Part shown: piece after piece, positions 1 through 12,200 of the stretch | Layout of the letters: each line of letters starts with the position of its first letter | Position numbering within the stretch: the stretch's first letter is position 1 | Assembly (NCBI RefSeq): GCF_001194135.2 | Contig: NC_068992.1 | Location: forward strand, 36,977,724 to 37,025,282 | DNA length: 47,559 nucleotides | Direction: 5' to 3' | Source of the DNA: Octopus bimaculoides | Taxonomy: Eukaryota | The notes under the pieces: model-generated | What the model saw: only the letters and a program-made list of their open reading frames with translations | Told to the model about the DNA's origin: nothing | Databases searched by the model: none | Position numbers and translations under genes: made by a program

Positions 1-61
1 CTGGTAGAATGTGTCATATAAAACATCTTTTTCTCTTAGTCTTCTTAAGAAAAATTATTAT

Positions 62-488
62 ATTGCAATTTATTTCATGTTAAAGTTGTCGTATTTCTGT
101 AATTTCAACCAATGACTGACGTCCATTCAGCCGAATACATTAAGTGCTGACTACGTAAACAAACGATTCTCAAACGATTCTGGCGGTGATAAAATTATTA
201 TTTCCTTGTCAAAAAATGGCTGAAGCATATTGGCAGTAGCTACTAAACCTTTCTATTATAGGCACAAGACCTGGTTTTTGAGGGAAGATCAATTATGGTT
301 AGGGTTAGGGTTAGGGAAAACGAACACACGTGTGTTGCCTCTCTGCAAAATGTCAGAAGTAATGGAGATTAAATACGCTTCACACCGCTTAAACTGCCAA
401 AGGAGTAACTGTAAACAGCTGAATACTTGTCAGTGATTGGTTGAAATTATCGAAATAAGACAATTTTTTACATGAAATGAATTCGAAT
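62..488. mobile_element. MITE/fold-back-like element with ~70-bp imperfect terminal inverted repeats and internal (TTAGGG)3
   Basis: 62-131 (attgcaatttatttcatgtt...tgactgacgtccattcagc) is the imperfect reverse complement of 418-488; TTAGGG x3 at 299-316; no coding signal. Confidence 0.6.
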
Positions 489-874
489 TTTTTTCTGTTC
501 TATAATACAAAATAGATAAGTATACGAAGTTTGAAAGTCTTTCGGTACCAAAAACACTACATAAAACATAAATGAAAACTGGTGCCCCCGTTTTGAACTA
601 GATCCTATATGTGTGTGTGTGTGTGTATATATATATGTATATACTACGGAGATGCACTTGCATAGCAAGTGACCTGATCTGAGGTCGTATACTGGAACGA
701 AAACAATTGCAGCGTGGAAGGTGTTTATAAGCCATTTAAGAAACACACAAAAACCGTTAGATTCACTTCAATATTTAAATTTAATTTGCCAAAATATTTT
801 CTTCGCTTTAAGACCGCGTCTTGTTTACTGACAAAATTCCGTGCTGCATTTGAGAAATAACAATTAGTTCATGA

Positions 875-1170
875 TATATATGTACATATGTATATGTGTA
901 TTTATGCATGTATGTATGTATGTATGTATGTATGTATGTATGTATGTGTGTGTATATGTATGTGCGTATGCAGATATGTACATGCGTATCCATCTGTGCA
1001 TGCCTATATGCATGTATGTATGTATGTATGTATGTACGTATGTATGTATGTACTTATGCATGTACATACGTATCAAACTATGTACGCTCATACGGTTATA
1101 TATAACTACATATATGTATTTCAGTATCATGCATCTCAACATGTATGTATGGATTTCCACATGTAAATGA
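875..1170. repeat. Compound (TATG)n/(TG)n microsatellite
   Basis: Directly visible tetranucleotide and dinucleotide runs. Confidence 0.9.
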
Positions 1171-1184
1171 GAGAAAGGGATGGC

Positions 1185-1508
1185 TATAGAGGGGCACTCC
1201 CGAGTGGAATCGGATTTACGGTTGAGAGTGGGTTTGTATTCTTATATACAGACAGCTTCAGTGACTTGTCTCAGCATTGCATCAGTGGGATGTGTAAATA
1301 AGATGTTTAGCTTAAGTCTCCCTAAGGAGCCCTTGTAGCAGCCTACAGCATGCTGAAAGAAGATGGAGTTTGGTTTCTTTCTTTTCAATGTAGTTGTCAG
1401 GTGTACTTTGAACCTATCATTGTCGCTCCTAGAAGTTTCACCAATATATGACTCTTGGACAGTCGCGCAAGCTCATTCTTGGCACTTAATCTGGTATACT
1501 GTGCTCTT
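1185..1508 (-). mobile_element. Penelope-like element GIY-YIG endonuclease fragment (decayed)
   Basis: Minus-strand translation KSTVYQIKCQE*ACATVQESYIGETSRSDNDRFKVH...RQVTEAVCI*EYKPTLNRK shows the VY..C..C..YIGET..RF.H pattern and the C-terminal E...I....P.LN motif; contains in-frame stops. Confidence 0.8.
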
Positions 1509-1529
1509 CAGATTAAGTGCCAAGAAGGA

Positions 1530-2256
1530 GCGTACATAGTTTGATACGTATGTACGTATGTGTAGATGTATGTGTGTGTGTGTACGTGTGTGTACGTGTG
1601 TGTACGCGTGTGTATGTGTTGTGTTGTGTGAGTATGTTAGTGTATGAGTATGTACATGCATGCATGTATGAGTATGTGTGTAGATATATGTATTTATTGT
1701 ATATGCATGTGTGTAAAAAAGTAAATTTAAATTTTAACCGTTATCCTTGAAAATAGTGTCATATATATATATATGTATAGATGGATAAGCATATATGTGT
1801 GTATACTTTAAGATTATACGTATATTTGTGAGTGTGTGTAAGTGTCTATATGATTGTGTGTACTTGTATATATGCATAAGTAAGGTTATATGTGCATATG
1901 TATCCAAGACGTTGTATCCATTCACTGTTAGGCGGTGGTAAGAGTGACAAACGCACACATATAGATGTGTCTATATATATGTATATGTATTTGTATGTAT
2001 ATGTGTGTGTATGTGTGTGTGTGTACAACCTTCAACAAAGTAACAGTCATGTATACAACTTGAACAGACACATATCAGTACATAAACATACACACACAGA
2101 CACGTCTACACACTTATCTAAATACTCACGTACATGCATACATACATACGTACATACATACATACATACATACATACATACATGCGTATAGGCATGCACA
2201 CATGCATACGCATGTACACATATGCAACGCACATACATGTACACGCGCGCGCGCGC
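1530..2256. repeat. Compound TG/TATG/CATA low-complexity microsatellite tract
   Basis: Directly visible; ends at an assembly gap. Confidence 0.85.
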
Positions 2257-2563
2257 NNNNNNNNNNNNNNNNNNNNNNNNNNNNNNNNNNNNNNNNNNNN
2301 NNNNNNNNNNNNNNNNNNNNNNNNNNNNNNNNNNNNNNNNNNNNNNNNNNNNNNNNNNNNNNNNNNNNNNNNNNNNNNNNNNNNNNNNNNNNNNNNNNNN
2401 NNNNNNNNNNNNNNNNNNNNNNNNNNNNNNNNNNNNNNNNNNNNNNNNNNNNNNNNNNNNNNNNNNNNNNNNNNNNNNNNNNNNNNNNNNNNNNNNNNNN
2501 NNNNNNNNNNNNNNNNNNNNNNNNNNNNNNNNNNNNNNNNNNNNNNNNNNNNNNNNNNNNNNN

Positions 2564-2606
<43 letters not shown>

Positions 2607-2608
<2 letters not shown>

Positions 2609-2810
2609 AAATAGTGGGGGGAGAACGAACAAAAAACGAAGAACAAACACAAAAAACAACAACGTGAGGACGTGGTACATGCAAAGTATTAGCAGTTGCT
2701 TAGGGAAGAAAGAAAGGTGGTTTTACGTTTCGAGCAAAGTTCAAGAGAATTGGAAGACGGAGGAAAAAATCGCCAACGATTCACATGAAGTTACATTTTA
2801 TATACATATA
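2607..2810 (-). mobile_element. PLE terminal (pLTR-like) fragment with half of a minimal hammerhead (gctc-GAAAC-GUA-aaac)
   Basis: Similar to 5440-5600 and 33565-33790; minus strand reads ...ctttgctcgaaacgtaaaacc but the CUGANGA half is deleted; abuts (TA)n. Confidence 0.6.
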
Positions 2811-2820
2811 TACATAAATT

Positions 2821-3320
2821 AAAGATTATTTGCCAACATAATGTGGCTGTCCTGGATAGACTGCTTGTTACTGTTGTTTAGCTCCAGCACTAAGCAACAT
2901 CTGTGGACAGGTTTCTGGGTTATTGCTCTTTATCAGCTTAGAGTAGCTGCTTGGCTAGGTGGCGTTGCTGAATTCTCGTTCGAAAATATATAATGTTCAA
3001 AGTCCACAGATGCTGCTTTGTGCTGGACGGGGGTGCTGGACTCATTGTTCGAAAATATAAGGACACAGATATTGTGTCGTATAGCCAGGTGGAAACGATG
3101 TTTCCTGGGGCTAAACAACATTAACAAACATCCTATCCAGGACAGCCACATGTGTTGGCAAATAATCTTTATTTTAAAGAACTGTTACTGAACATCTCTC
3201 TTTAAGTGATTTAGAAATGATAATGTTTCTATTTATCAGATCAGTGTCTGAGTGTCACTTTGAAAATTATGCATTTTCGAACGGGAATTCAGCAACGCCA
3301 CCTAGCCAAGCAGCTACTCT
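2821..3320. mobile_element. Head-to-head copy of a ~350-bp hammerhead-containing repeat family (retrozyme-like)
   Basis: 2821-2887 inverted to 3105-3170; 2940-2987 inverted to 3273-3320; segments match 23140-23420, 26384-27030 and 38957-39387; degenerate HHR on minus strand at 2900-2942 (CUGAUAA...GAAAC-CU-GUC-CACAGA). Confidence 0.7.
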
Positions 3321-5340
3321 TTGCAACGATTATGTTGCTGGGATCGAAGATGTTGGTGCTGCAGTTGTTGTTGCTGATATTTTCTTCCACGATGATGATG
3401 CTAGAGCCATCGGTGTTGGTGTTGGCGGAGGTGGGGTAGTGGTGGCATTGGCAGTGTTATTACCGGATGTGGAGGGTCCGCTGTCGATGTTACCACTGTA
3501 GCTGAAGGTATTACAATATTTGATATTATCGTTGTTATTGCTATTTTCCTCAGTTATGGGGATGGGGTGCCGTTCTCGTTGACAGGGATACCATTATTCA
3601 CGTCTATGCCTATGTCTGTTAGGAGTGCTGCTACTGCTCGTGGTACTGCAAGTCAATACAGTTTGGTCTGTCGCTGCTGGAATGACAACTGTCATTGGGT
3701 ATACTGCTCTGTTTGCTATTAGTAAGGTTGGTGTTGGAGGCGACGTTACTGTGGTCGATGTTAGTGATGGTGGCGGTGACGTCAAAGATGTAGTGGACAC
3801 TGTTGGTGTTGCTGTGGTTGATGTCCGTAAGGCTGTTCGCTGTGGTGGTGGAGTGGGGTGATGTTAGCTCCGTTGCTGGCTCTGCCTTCGTGTTTACGGC
3901 TGCTATGGCTGCTATGGTTCCTGCCGGTGGAATTGGCCGGGATCGCCCGCACCTCGGCTTGATAGACATCGCCTTTGGTTTCGCAGCGGCCTTCTACCGG
4001 GCAACTATCGTTGATCTTGCATGAACCCGCCTCTTCCCATTGTTTAGGGGCCCTAACTAAGATACTCTTAATGCTAGGGACATAGCTAAACGAGACCCTA
4101 ACGTTGTGCCTCTTGAAAATGGGGGCGTACCTATGGGAGTTAGTAAAGTGATAAGGTAGAAGGGGGGGGGCAAACCAAATTGTATTCTTGTAGCATTTCC
4201 TTCTGCAGGTGTTGGGTTCTGGCATATAGGAGATGCGGTCCTTGAACCCGCTGGCGGCTAGGGCCTCGTTATAGTATGGAGCTACCACGTTGAAGGCCTC
4301 TTGGTTTGAGGAATGGCTCGAAATCCTCTTAATGACACCTATTACCAGGTTTTTGAACACGATGAGTGGGTGGCATGAGGCTGTGTTGATGTATGTTAGT
4401 CTTTCGTTTGGTTTGCGGTAGGGACTTTAGGTACCGAAGCCCAAGTCCAGCGTAACATCTAAGAATGTGAGAGATTGGTTTCTATGGTGATCTTCAATGC
4501 CATGGAGTCAAGAGTGCTGATTAAGTCCTTCCTAAGCCTATCTTATGTGGACACTTACTCCCATACAGGGGCGTCATCCCTGTAGAGGCCAAACAAAATA
4601 GAGGGGAACTTTTTCCTAGGGTATTCAGGATGTCGTAGGGTCCCATCGCTACATCAAAGGAGCCTGTGGGGTCGGATTGCTTGACCCACACCAAACCTTT
4701 GTTGAACAGTACTGTCTTCCTGGCATGCATAATGATTTCTATGTCTCTGTCGCTAACGTCAGTGAGGCCCCTAGCGAAAGAACGCTCTTTGGTCAGTAAC
4801 CCTTTCGATATAGACGGGTAAGAATCGCTTATATCAAATTGGGTGAACCTTGCGCTGCCTCTATCCTTGTTGGCGTTAAACCATGCGGTCACTTCGCTGG
4901 TGCTGCGCCACAAGGAGAGGTTAGTGAACCTTCTTATGGCGTTGTTGATATCTCGCAAAATATGCTTGCTCGCTAGACCGATCTCGGATTTGGCCGGGTT
5001 GATCAGGAGGCACTTAGGGTTAGAGGCAATGTTCGGTTTGTGGTCTTTTATTGTTATGAAAGCGTTTCTTTCAGCTAGTATTTCTACCCTGTCACCTATT
5101 TCTAAATCGTTAGCTAATTTTTTAATCTTACTGTTGATGTCCTTATATGTATGTAGATGGGGCCATGTCTGTACGTCTGTGTAATGTTATTTTCTAGTAG
5201 CTTATAGTATTCTATGGTGTCTAACCAATATAAGTTTTTCACCTTATCGGAGACTATTAGGGACTTATCCGAGATTTTTAATATCCTAATGTCGGCATGG
5301 AGTTTACGTTGGAACAAAGAAGAGGACTTACGGAATTTCA
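3321..5340 (-). mobile_element. Penelope-like retroelement, decayed RT + linker + first half of GIY-YIG
   Basis: Minus-strand motifs across frames: FQRKL..DI, AFITIKDHKP, LINPAKSEIG, QFDISDSYPSI, FDVAMGPYD, GLYRDD, TFLDVTLDL, PYRKPN, IWFAPP, CPVEGRC...VYQAEV; multiple frameshifts and stops. Confidence 0.9.
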
Positions 5341-5358
5341 GCTATATATATATATATA

Positions 5359-5600
5359 AGATATTCTTAATTCTAAGGGCATAGCTAAACGATACCCTAA
5401 GGTTGTGCCTGTTTAAAATGGGGGCGTACCTATGGCGCGTTGACAAATTTTTCCCTCCGTCTTCCTTTTCTCTTGGACTTTCCTCCGCCTCCTGTTTCTG
5501 ACGAAGAGCTTTGCTCGCAATGCAAAACCACATTTCTTTCCTTCCTCGCGTTGTTGCTTTTTTTATTTTGGTTGTTTTTCGTTTTTTGTGGGGGGATTTA
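5359..5600. mobile_element. Short PLE insertion: ORF piece (minus) fused to an oppositely oriented pLTR with degenerate hammerhead (plus)
   Basis: 5359-5435 resembles 4059-4136 (HRYAPI.NRHN.RVSFSY); 5494-5529 = gttt-CUGACGA-a-gagc-ttt-gctc-GCAAU-gc-aaaac. Confidence 0.65.
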
Positions 5601-5655
5601 CTATATATAGATAGATAGATAGATACATACATACATACATACATACATACATACA

Positions 5656-5687
<32 letters not shown>

Positions 5688-6032
5688 CCCGCATACAAAC
5701 CCACACACGCACGCTCGACACTCTCGCACCCATACACATGTACGCAAAAAATCACAGGCCTAAAAGTAAAATACAGAAAAAAGTGTGAAAAAGCTATAAG
5801 GTTAAAACGCGTCTATATGCACATATTTTCGCATGCACACACATACATCTATATACGCACGTACCCGCACACACCCCCACATTCACAAGCGCGCACATTT
5901 TCGTTTTCTCTGTCTGTCTCTCTTTTTTACTCTTGTGAAGGCTTGGTAGCAGGTAGTAGGTAGTAGCAGTCCTAAAAGAATATTTGATATGAGTTCTTAG
6001 TTTTGATTGTTTAAGCAGCAGTAGTAGCTGAG

Positions 6033-6155
6033 GAAGAAGAAGAAGAAGAAGAAGAAGAAGAAGAAGAAGAAGAAGAAGAAGAAGAAGAAGAAGAAGAAGA
6101 AGAAGAAGAAGAAGAAGAAGAAGAAGAAGAAGAAGAAGAAGAAGAAGAAGAAGAA
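6033..6155 (+). repeat. (GAA)n microsatellite, ~41 units
   Basis: Perfect GAA run. Confidence 0.95.
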
Positions 6156-6658
6156 TACGGGAGTGGTATGACAGTAGTAGGATGTTGGTGGAATCCTCTT
6201 AAATGGTCAAGTGACCTAAAAGTGACCTGTTGTGGTTGTAATAGCAGTTCTGAATGAATTCATGAGTAGTGACTTCTGATTATATCGTTTTTAATATTTG
6301 CGTGGGTATTATTCTAAGGCCCTTGTAGTAGTGTCATTTGTGGTGGACGCATTCAAAGACGTCATGCTTGAGCACCACTGTCAGATNNNNNNNNNNNNNN
6401 NNNNNNNNNNNNNNNNNNNNNNNNNNNNNNNNNNNNNNNNNNNNNNNNNNNNNNNNNNNNNNNNNNNNNNNNNNNNNNNNNNNNNNNNNNNNNNNNNNNN
6501 NNNNNNNNNNNNNNNNNNNNNNNNNNNNNNNNNNNNNNNNNNNNNNNNNNNNNNNNNNNNNNNNNNNNNNNNNNNNNNNNNNNNNNNNNNNNNNNNNNNN
6601 NNNNNNNNNNNNNNNNNNNNNNNNNNNNNNNNNNNNNNNNNNNNNNNNNNNNNNNNNN

Positions 6659-6705
<47 letters not shown>

Positions 6706-7182
6706 AGACCAACGCATGCGTACACACTCTTACTCTCATTTTATGTCTTTGTCCCCCTCTCTTACTCTCGCGCGCGCTTTCGCCACTCAGTTATTTACCT
6801 CACACACACATTCCATTAGTAACAATACATCAAGTCCTCTGAGGAAACTAATGCGTATTTATTATAGAATGTCTCCTTGTTAATCTGACAACTAATACTG
6901 GTCAACAATAATTTATATTTAAATCATATCAGTGCAACACTTAAGCAGAAGTTTATGGTACAAAAATAGCGAAGTGAAAGAAAGGTAATAGCTGAACGAC
7001 AAAACAAAGGGAGGTTATTATTCAATACGGGTATTACTTCCAGAACATGAAGCGATTCTGTTCAAGGACAAGCCGAATAACAAAATGATTTCATCTAAAC
7101 TAAAGTTAAACTATCTTCAGTGCCCCAAAACATCACGCTTGAAAATAATAGGATACTTAAAGCCATGTCCTGAAAAAGAACA

Positions 7183-7244
7183 TGTCGAGGACATACGTGA
7201 TGTATATATAATAAATTATATATACATCACGTATGTCCTCGACA
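7183..7244. repeat. Perfect 29-bp-arm palindrome with 4-nt loop
   Basis: tgtcgaggacatacgtgatgtatatataa / taaa / ttatatatacatcacgtatgtcctcgaca. Confidence 0.9.
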
Positions 7245-8719
7245 AAGAACTGAAAAGACCATTGAAAATGTTGTTTGAAAATTACATAGTTCATCAAAAT
7301 ATTTCCAAGCGATAGTGAGCAGCAACATTCAACAGTCTATAGAGAAAGACATGTTTAAAAAAGAAAGAATTTGAGGGTAAGTTATTCGGGAGCATCAAGA
7401 AAGAGTCACGTTTGGTCACCAATATCTTCTATAATATCCATTTCTGTTGCCTGTCTTTTGAAATGTTGGTATTAGTGCATCAGCTTTGACGACAGAGAAT
7501 GTATGATCTACCATAGAGAATGGAAATTTTAAGTTCATGCATAAATTCCTTCAAACGGGTGTATGGAACATGTAAACTGTATAAATACAAAAAATATTCG
7601 TAATCCAATTGTTATTTATTTTGAGGTAAAAAAAAAATTAGTGTTCATGATATTTCTTACCTGATGCTCACAATAATAAATCCTTGGACTGGTTATGCTT
7701 TTATCTCTTTGCGTTCTTGCATTTGATACCCGAATCAAGATTAGGAACGAAAAACAAAAATATCGCATACTTTATATATCAGATGAATAAAATTAGTCTT
7801 TTTTCTTTTTTATTGTTGTTTTTTACTACTGTTGTTTTGTTGTTGTTTTTATGGGGTTGGTGGAGTGGCTCTGAGCTTGCTTTGAAACAGACATTTCTAA
7901 AAGATCAAAGGTAATATATTATTCAAAGGTAGTTGATGTAACGCCTGATTCTCCACAAAACGAACAAGACAATATTTTTCATATTTTACCTCTAGAGTGT
8001 ACATGCTGATATTTTTAATTCAAGAGATTTCTGAGGTTTTTTTTCTTTTTTCTTCTGTTGGAAGATTTCAGGTGTCAAAGAGAGGATATTGGCAAGAAAA
8101 TCGCAACTAGATACAAAAGCAGTTTAAATTATGTGAATTAATGAAATTCCTCTCTTTTCTTAAAGTGTAGATTTCATACTTTGAATATGTGTGATAAGCA
8201 TTTTGTAAAACTAAGCTGTCAGTAATTGCATTGTGCATCAACTGTTCAGTAGTCAGTCAGAATTTATTGCTTGAAGTCATTTGCCTCAAAATCTCAGTAG
8301 TATTAAATTAGTCCTAAAAGAGTCCTGAAACTTAATTTGACGCCAAAGTTCAGTAATTAAGTAACAAGTCCACTTTCAGATACATGCTCATATCATCGAT
8401 GTTGTTCAACATTTTCCCATTTATTAATACCTATAACATTTCCTGTTGATACTAATGCGAACAAAATCAACTTGTCGCTGATGACAGAATGAAAACAAGT
8501 TGTCAAGTCCACAAACTGAAATTACAAATAGAGAAAGACATTTTTATAAGCCTGTCACAGATTCTCGATGTATACGAAGAATCATTCATTTGGAAATCTG
8601 TTTTCTGTTGCATTGATGATTTTTGCTTCGAAGAGATGAACTACAAAGCAGATATACCTTCTTATTCCTCTAGAAATATCAGTCAATATCGGAAAGTCTT
8701 TTGACCACAAGTTACCAAG

Positions 8720-8866
8720 TCCAGAAATTTACAAAAACTCCGCGCGGTTTATCGTGCTGTTGTGGTTTCCACGCTTCTGTATGCCTCAGAAACCTGGACA
8801 TTTTATTGTCGTCATTTCAAACTCCTCGAATCCTTTGATATCCGCTGTCTCCAGCGCATTCTTTAA
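8720..8866 (+). mobile_element. RTE-clade LINE fragment (post-RT region)
   Basis: Translates AVYRAVVVSTLLYASETWTFYCRHFKLLESFDIRCLQRIL*, the typical RTE LLY..ETW...CLR.IL motif. Confidence 0.8.
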
Positions 8867-9499
8867 GTAAGCAAAAGCAAGCAACAAAATATGTAACTGT
8901 AGTCTGGATAACATCTTTACAAATCTGTCTATATCATTTCGGAATTTTTCGCACAATTTCTATTACCTCAGTTGTGGTAGTAAGCTTAAACTGATAAAGA
9001 ACGATCTCAAAAGAAACGTGTCATAAAGTCGTCTGTTGACTCTAACTTGACTTAGCACGAAAATCGAATTCATTTGAAATATTGATTCCAAAACTTTGCT
9101 CAAAAGTAAAGAATACCACTTCTAAGAAAGTGAAAATTCGGTTAGTCGACTATGATCTTCGATAGTAAATGAAAATGGGAAATTAGATCATTTCTTATTG
9201 GTACTTGTGAGCTACAAAGTAGTTTCGTCCTTAGTGTAAATCACAATAAGCAGTTTGTCATATTTCATTGCAAAGAAATATCAACAACTTAAACATCATT
9301 GACTTCGCAATCATTTCCAATATAAAAATTTTTTTCCGAGTTGATAAGGAAAGTCTAAAATGAATTAACAGATGATATTACTAAAAAAATATTACATGCA
9401 AATGCAACATCAGGAGTTTAAGCAATGTGACATGCTAATCACTGTATCAGTGTATCGACCAGACTATTAGATGTTGTTATATATTGCTGGTCATAACGC

Positions 9500-12200
9500 G
9501 CTTTCCAATTCTTTCTTGATTCGCTATTTTTTTCCATCTTGACTCAAATCGTTAGCTAAATGGTTTTTCTATCGTCTTGAAGGCCTTCCGAATGGCCTTT
9601 TCTTATCTCTTGGATACAACTAAGTAACTGCACAGGTCCACCTGTTGTCTGTCATAGCGAAACTTGTGCTTTCGGGATTCAGCGATCACGTTATTCATTC
9701 CACGCCGTTCTAGAATAAGCTCATTTCGGATGATATTCCTTACAGAGATCTTTCCATGGTCCTTTGCATCGTAGCCAATCGATGTTCTTCTCTTTTCATA
9801 GTAGCCACGTCTCGTTTACGTATTACGACACAAGTAGAACAATGCTGTTGAAGAGTCTTGCACGTATGGTCTTCTCCAGCATTGCTTTGAACACATCTTT
9901 TACTGCCCTAATTCAATTCGAGATTTGAGCTTCCAAGCCTTGGTGCATATTCACTGTGTGCTCTAAGCAGACGTACTCCTCTGCCTCCTCTCTTTCATTG
10001 TTTCACACTACTCTTTGGTCTTGTGCTGCCTTTTCGGACCTTATCTATTTTGTTTCATGTGGTTCCTTTCAATGCCTACTGCTGAGCATGAGTGTTGAGC
10101 TCTGTCACCGAGGAGTACGATGTCATCTTCGAAACGATGTGTTAGCAGCTTATCGTTGATGTTTACTCCACCTGTCCAGTCAATATCTCTAATGACCATT
10201 TCTAGACATGCGGAAAAGGATTGGTGAAACAGTGTTTCCTTGTTTGACACCCGGTATCCAGTGTTTATATCCCTGAGCAACTGGTACCTTGCATTTATCT
10301 AGAAGGCTTCTCATAATCAACGAAAACTATACATATAGGCAACTTATATTCTTTCACTCGTTCTATGAGTTGTTAGAGTGAATACACGATTCATCGTATG
10401 CTTGTTCCCCCATTTGCTGGTCATCAAAATGTTTCGATAGTCTGATCACTATGACCCTTGTAAACAGCTTATAAAGGTGAGGCATGAGGCATATGGTGAG
10501 ATAGTTTCTCAAAGTAAAATGATATTCAAATGATTTCCACAACATATTTTACCCTTCTTCAAGCAGCTTTTGAAGCGTAGAAAAAGGAATTTGCATATCT
10601 CTTCAGCTCCGCACTTTATGCCATCTTTTCCTAGAGCTTTGTCTACTTTTGTCATCCAACATTTATGACGGTAGAGGATCGAGCTTTACTGATGATTTAC
10701 AAAGGTTGGTGTAGGTTTTGCATGCCTCTTCTATATCCCCTTTGTCTGTAACCGTGAGCTTGTCCTTGTTCTAAGCACAGTAATCTCTGACCAATAGAGT
10801 GTCAGCTCTCTGCAACACATATAGAAAGGTTTTTTTTTGCAACCTGCATCAGGTTCTTCAATCTGTAATTCTCGAAGTCATTTTCCAGCTGTTGCCTGAC
10901 CGTTTTGTAGAGAACGGAATATTCGAGATGATCTATTAAGTTCTTCTTTATAGTGTTCCGTTTCTCAAGAATTTTATTCGTCTTACCTGAGATTCTTCTG
11001 TCGGGTTCCTGTTGCCTTCTACATGCAGCTTAATTTTCTTGATTAGTAAATTGTAGTTTTCATCAACCTCTTCAAGCTGACTCGACGCGCTGATCCTTCA
11101 TTGAGATCTGCAGAGCCTTCTCTGTTATTTCGTTGATCGCAATTTTTGCCTATAGCAAGCAATTATCTCTATTATCGTGATGCCCTGCAGTATATGCCAT
11201 TTGTCGACAAGAATGTTGTCAATTTCTTTTTGTACTGCGCGCTTGGAGTTATCGAGGTCCATCTCCTGGATGCTTCCAGAATAGGCCTGTTCACAACGTA
11301 AAACTTTTTGGACTTTGCCAAGGTAGCCAAACATTCTCCTTTTTTTTTCTATCCCTCGATCCAAACTTTCCAACGTATTTCTCCTCCTCCCGTCTCCTTC
11401 TAATATTTGCGTTGAAATCTCCCATCGCTATGGTATCTGGTTTTGTAAGCTAGAGATTTCTCTAACTCTTGGTAGATTCTTCCACATCATCGTCATCGCA
11501 AGCATTTGTAGAAATACAAGTCTGGATGATTTTCGAGATGGCAGACGGCTAGCATTCCGATGAGTGAAGAAACCAATTGGCAGGAAATGATTTTCGATGC
11601 CCAGTCTTTGCTTACCACGAACCCTATACCACTTATTGCTTTCATACTTTATGCTTTTGCTAGTTTCACGCCATTCCATTTATTTATTTCCTTCGACTTG
11701 TTTCGCAGTCATAGCACATCACATTTATCTTTTTTTTCTCCTTCCTTTGATGAGCCATTCTGGTTCTCCTTGGTAAAGACCTAAAGTTATACGTACATAT
11801 AGCAACAGTTGTTATTCGATACCTTGGTGGCCTATGGATGCCTGAGATTCTTAGCAGCTTCTGGTTGCTCGGATTTCGTTTCTCCACCATGGAGCGGTCC
11901 GATTAACTTTCAGGAAATGAGGCCAATTTTCTTGCAATGTTGTAGCTCTCAAATGAAGCCACACCGCTGACTTGGTGGGCAGAACATGGTCATCTTTTTA
12001 GATTAGCTAGCGTCCAACCTCTAGCGATTAGGCTACAGGCTCACTTCAGCGAGAGAGTCTTCTGTAGGGTAAGTAGTCCGATACATACGAGAGCATATAT
12101 CCCGCTACCATCCATACTGAACAACTATTGTCACTGCTGCACCCCAATGGGGTGTAAGGAGCAACCGTGCGAACTCAAAAAGGAGAAATGATGACGAATG
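9500..12200 (-). mobile_element. Near-full-length, heavily decayed RTE-clade LINE (APE endonuclease + RT)
   Basis: Collinear minus-strand motifs: ICTYNFRSL (~11790), KEIDNILVDK (~11220), NYLTICLMPHLYKLFTRVI..EQA (~10400-10500), FSACLEMVIRD...THRFEDDIVLL (~10130-10230), TDNRWTCAVT*LYPRDKK (~9600-9650). Boundaries approximate. Confidence 0.85.

Noticed and set aside
299-316. (TTAGGG)3 as a telomere
   Set aside because: Only three units, internal to an inverted-repeat element.
957-2237. Inverted similarity between 957-1065 and 2128-2237
   Set aside because: It lies within TATG/CATA low-complexity sequence, where opposite-orientation compound microsatellites can match without meaning.
8410-8530. 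Possible hAT dimerisation-domain remnant (LLIPITFPVDT..SLM..RMKT)
   Set aside because: Resemblance is too weak and needs frameshifts; a profile search is required.
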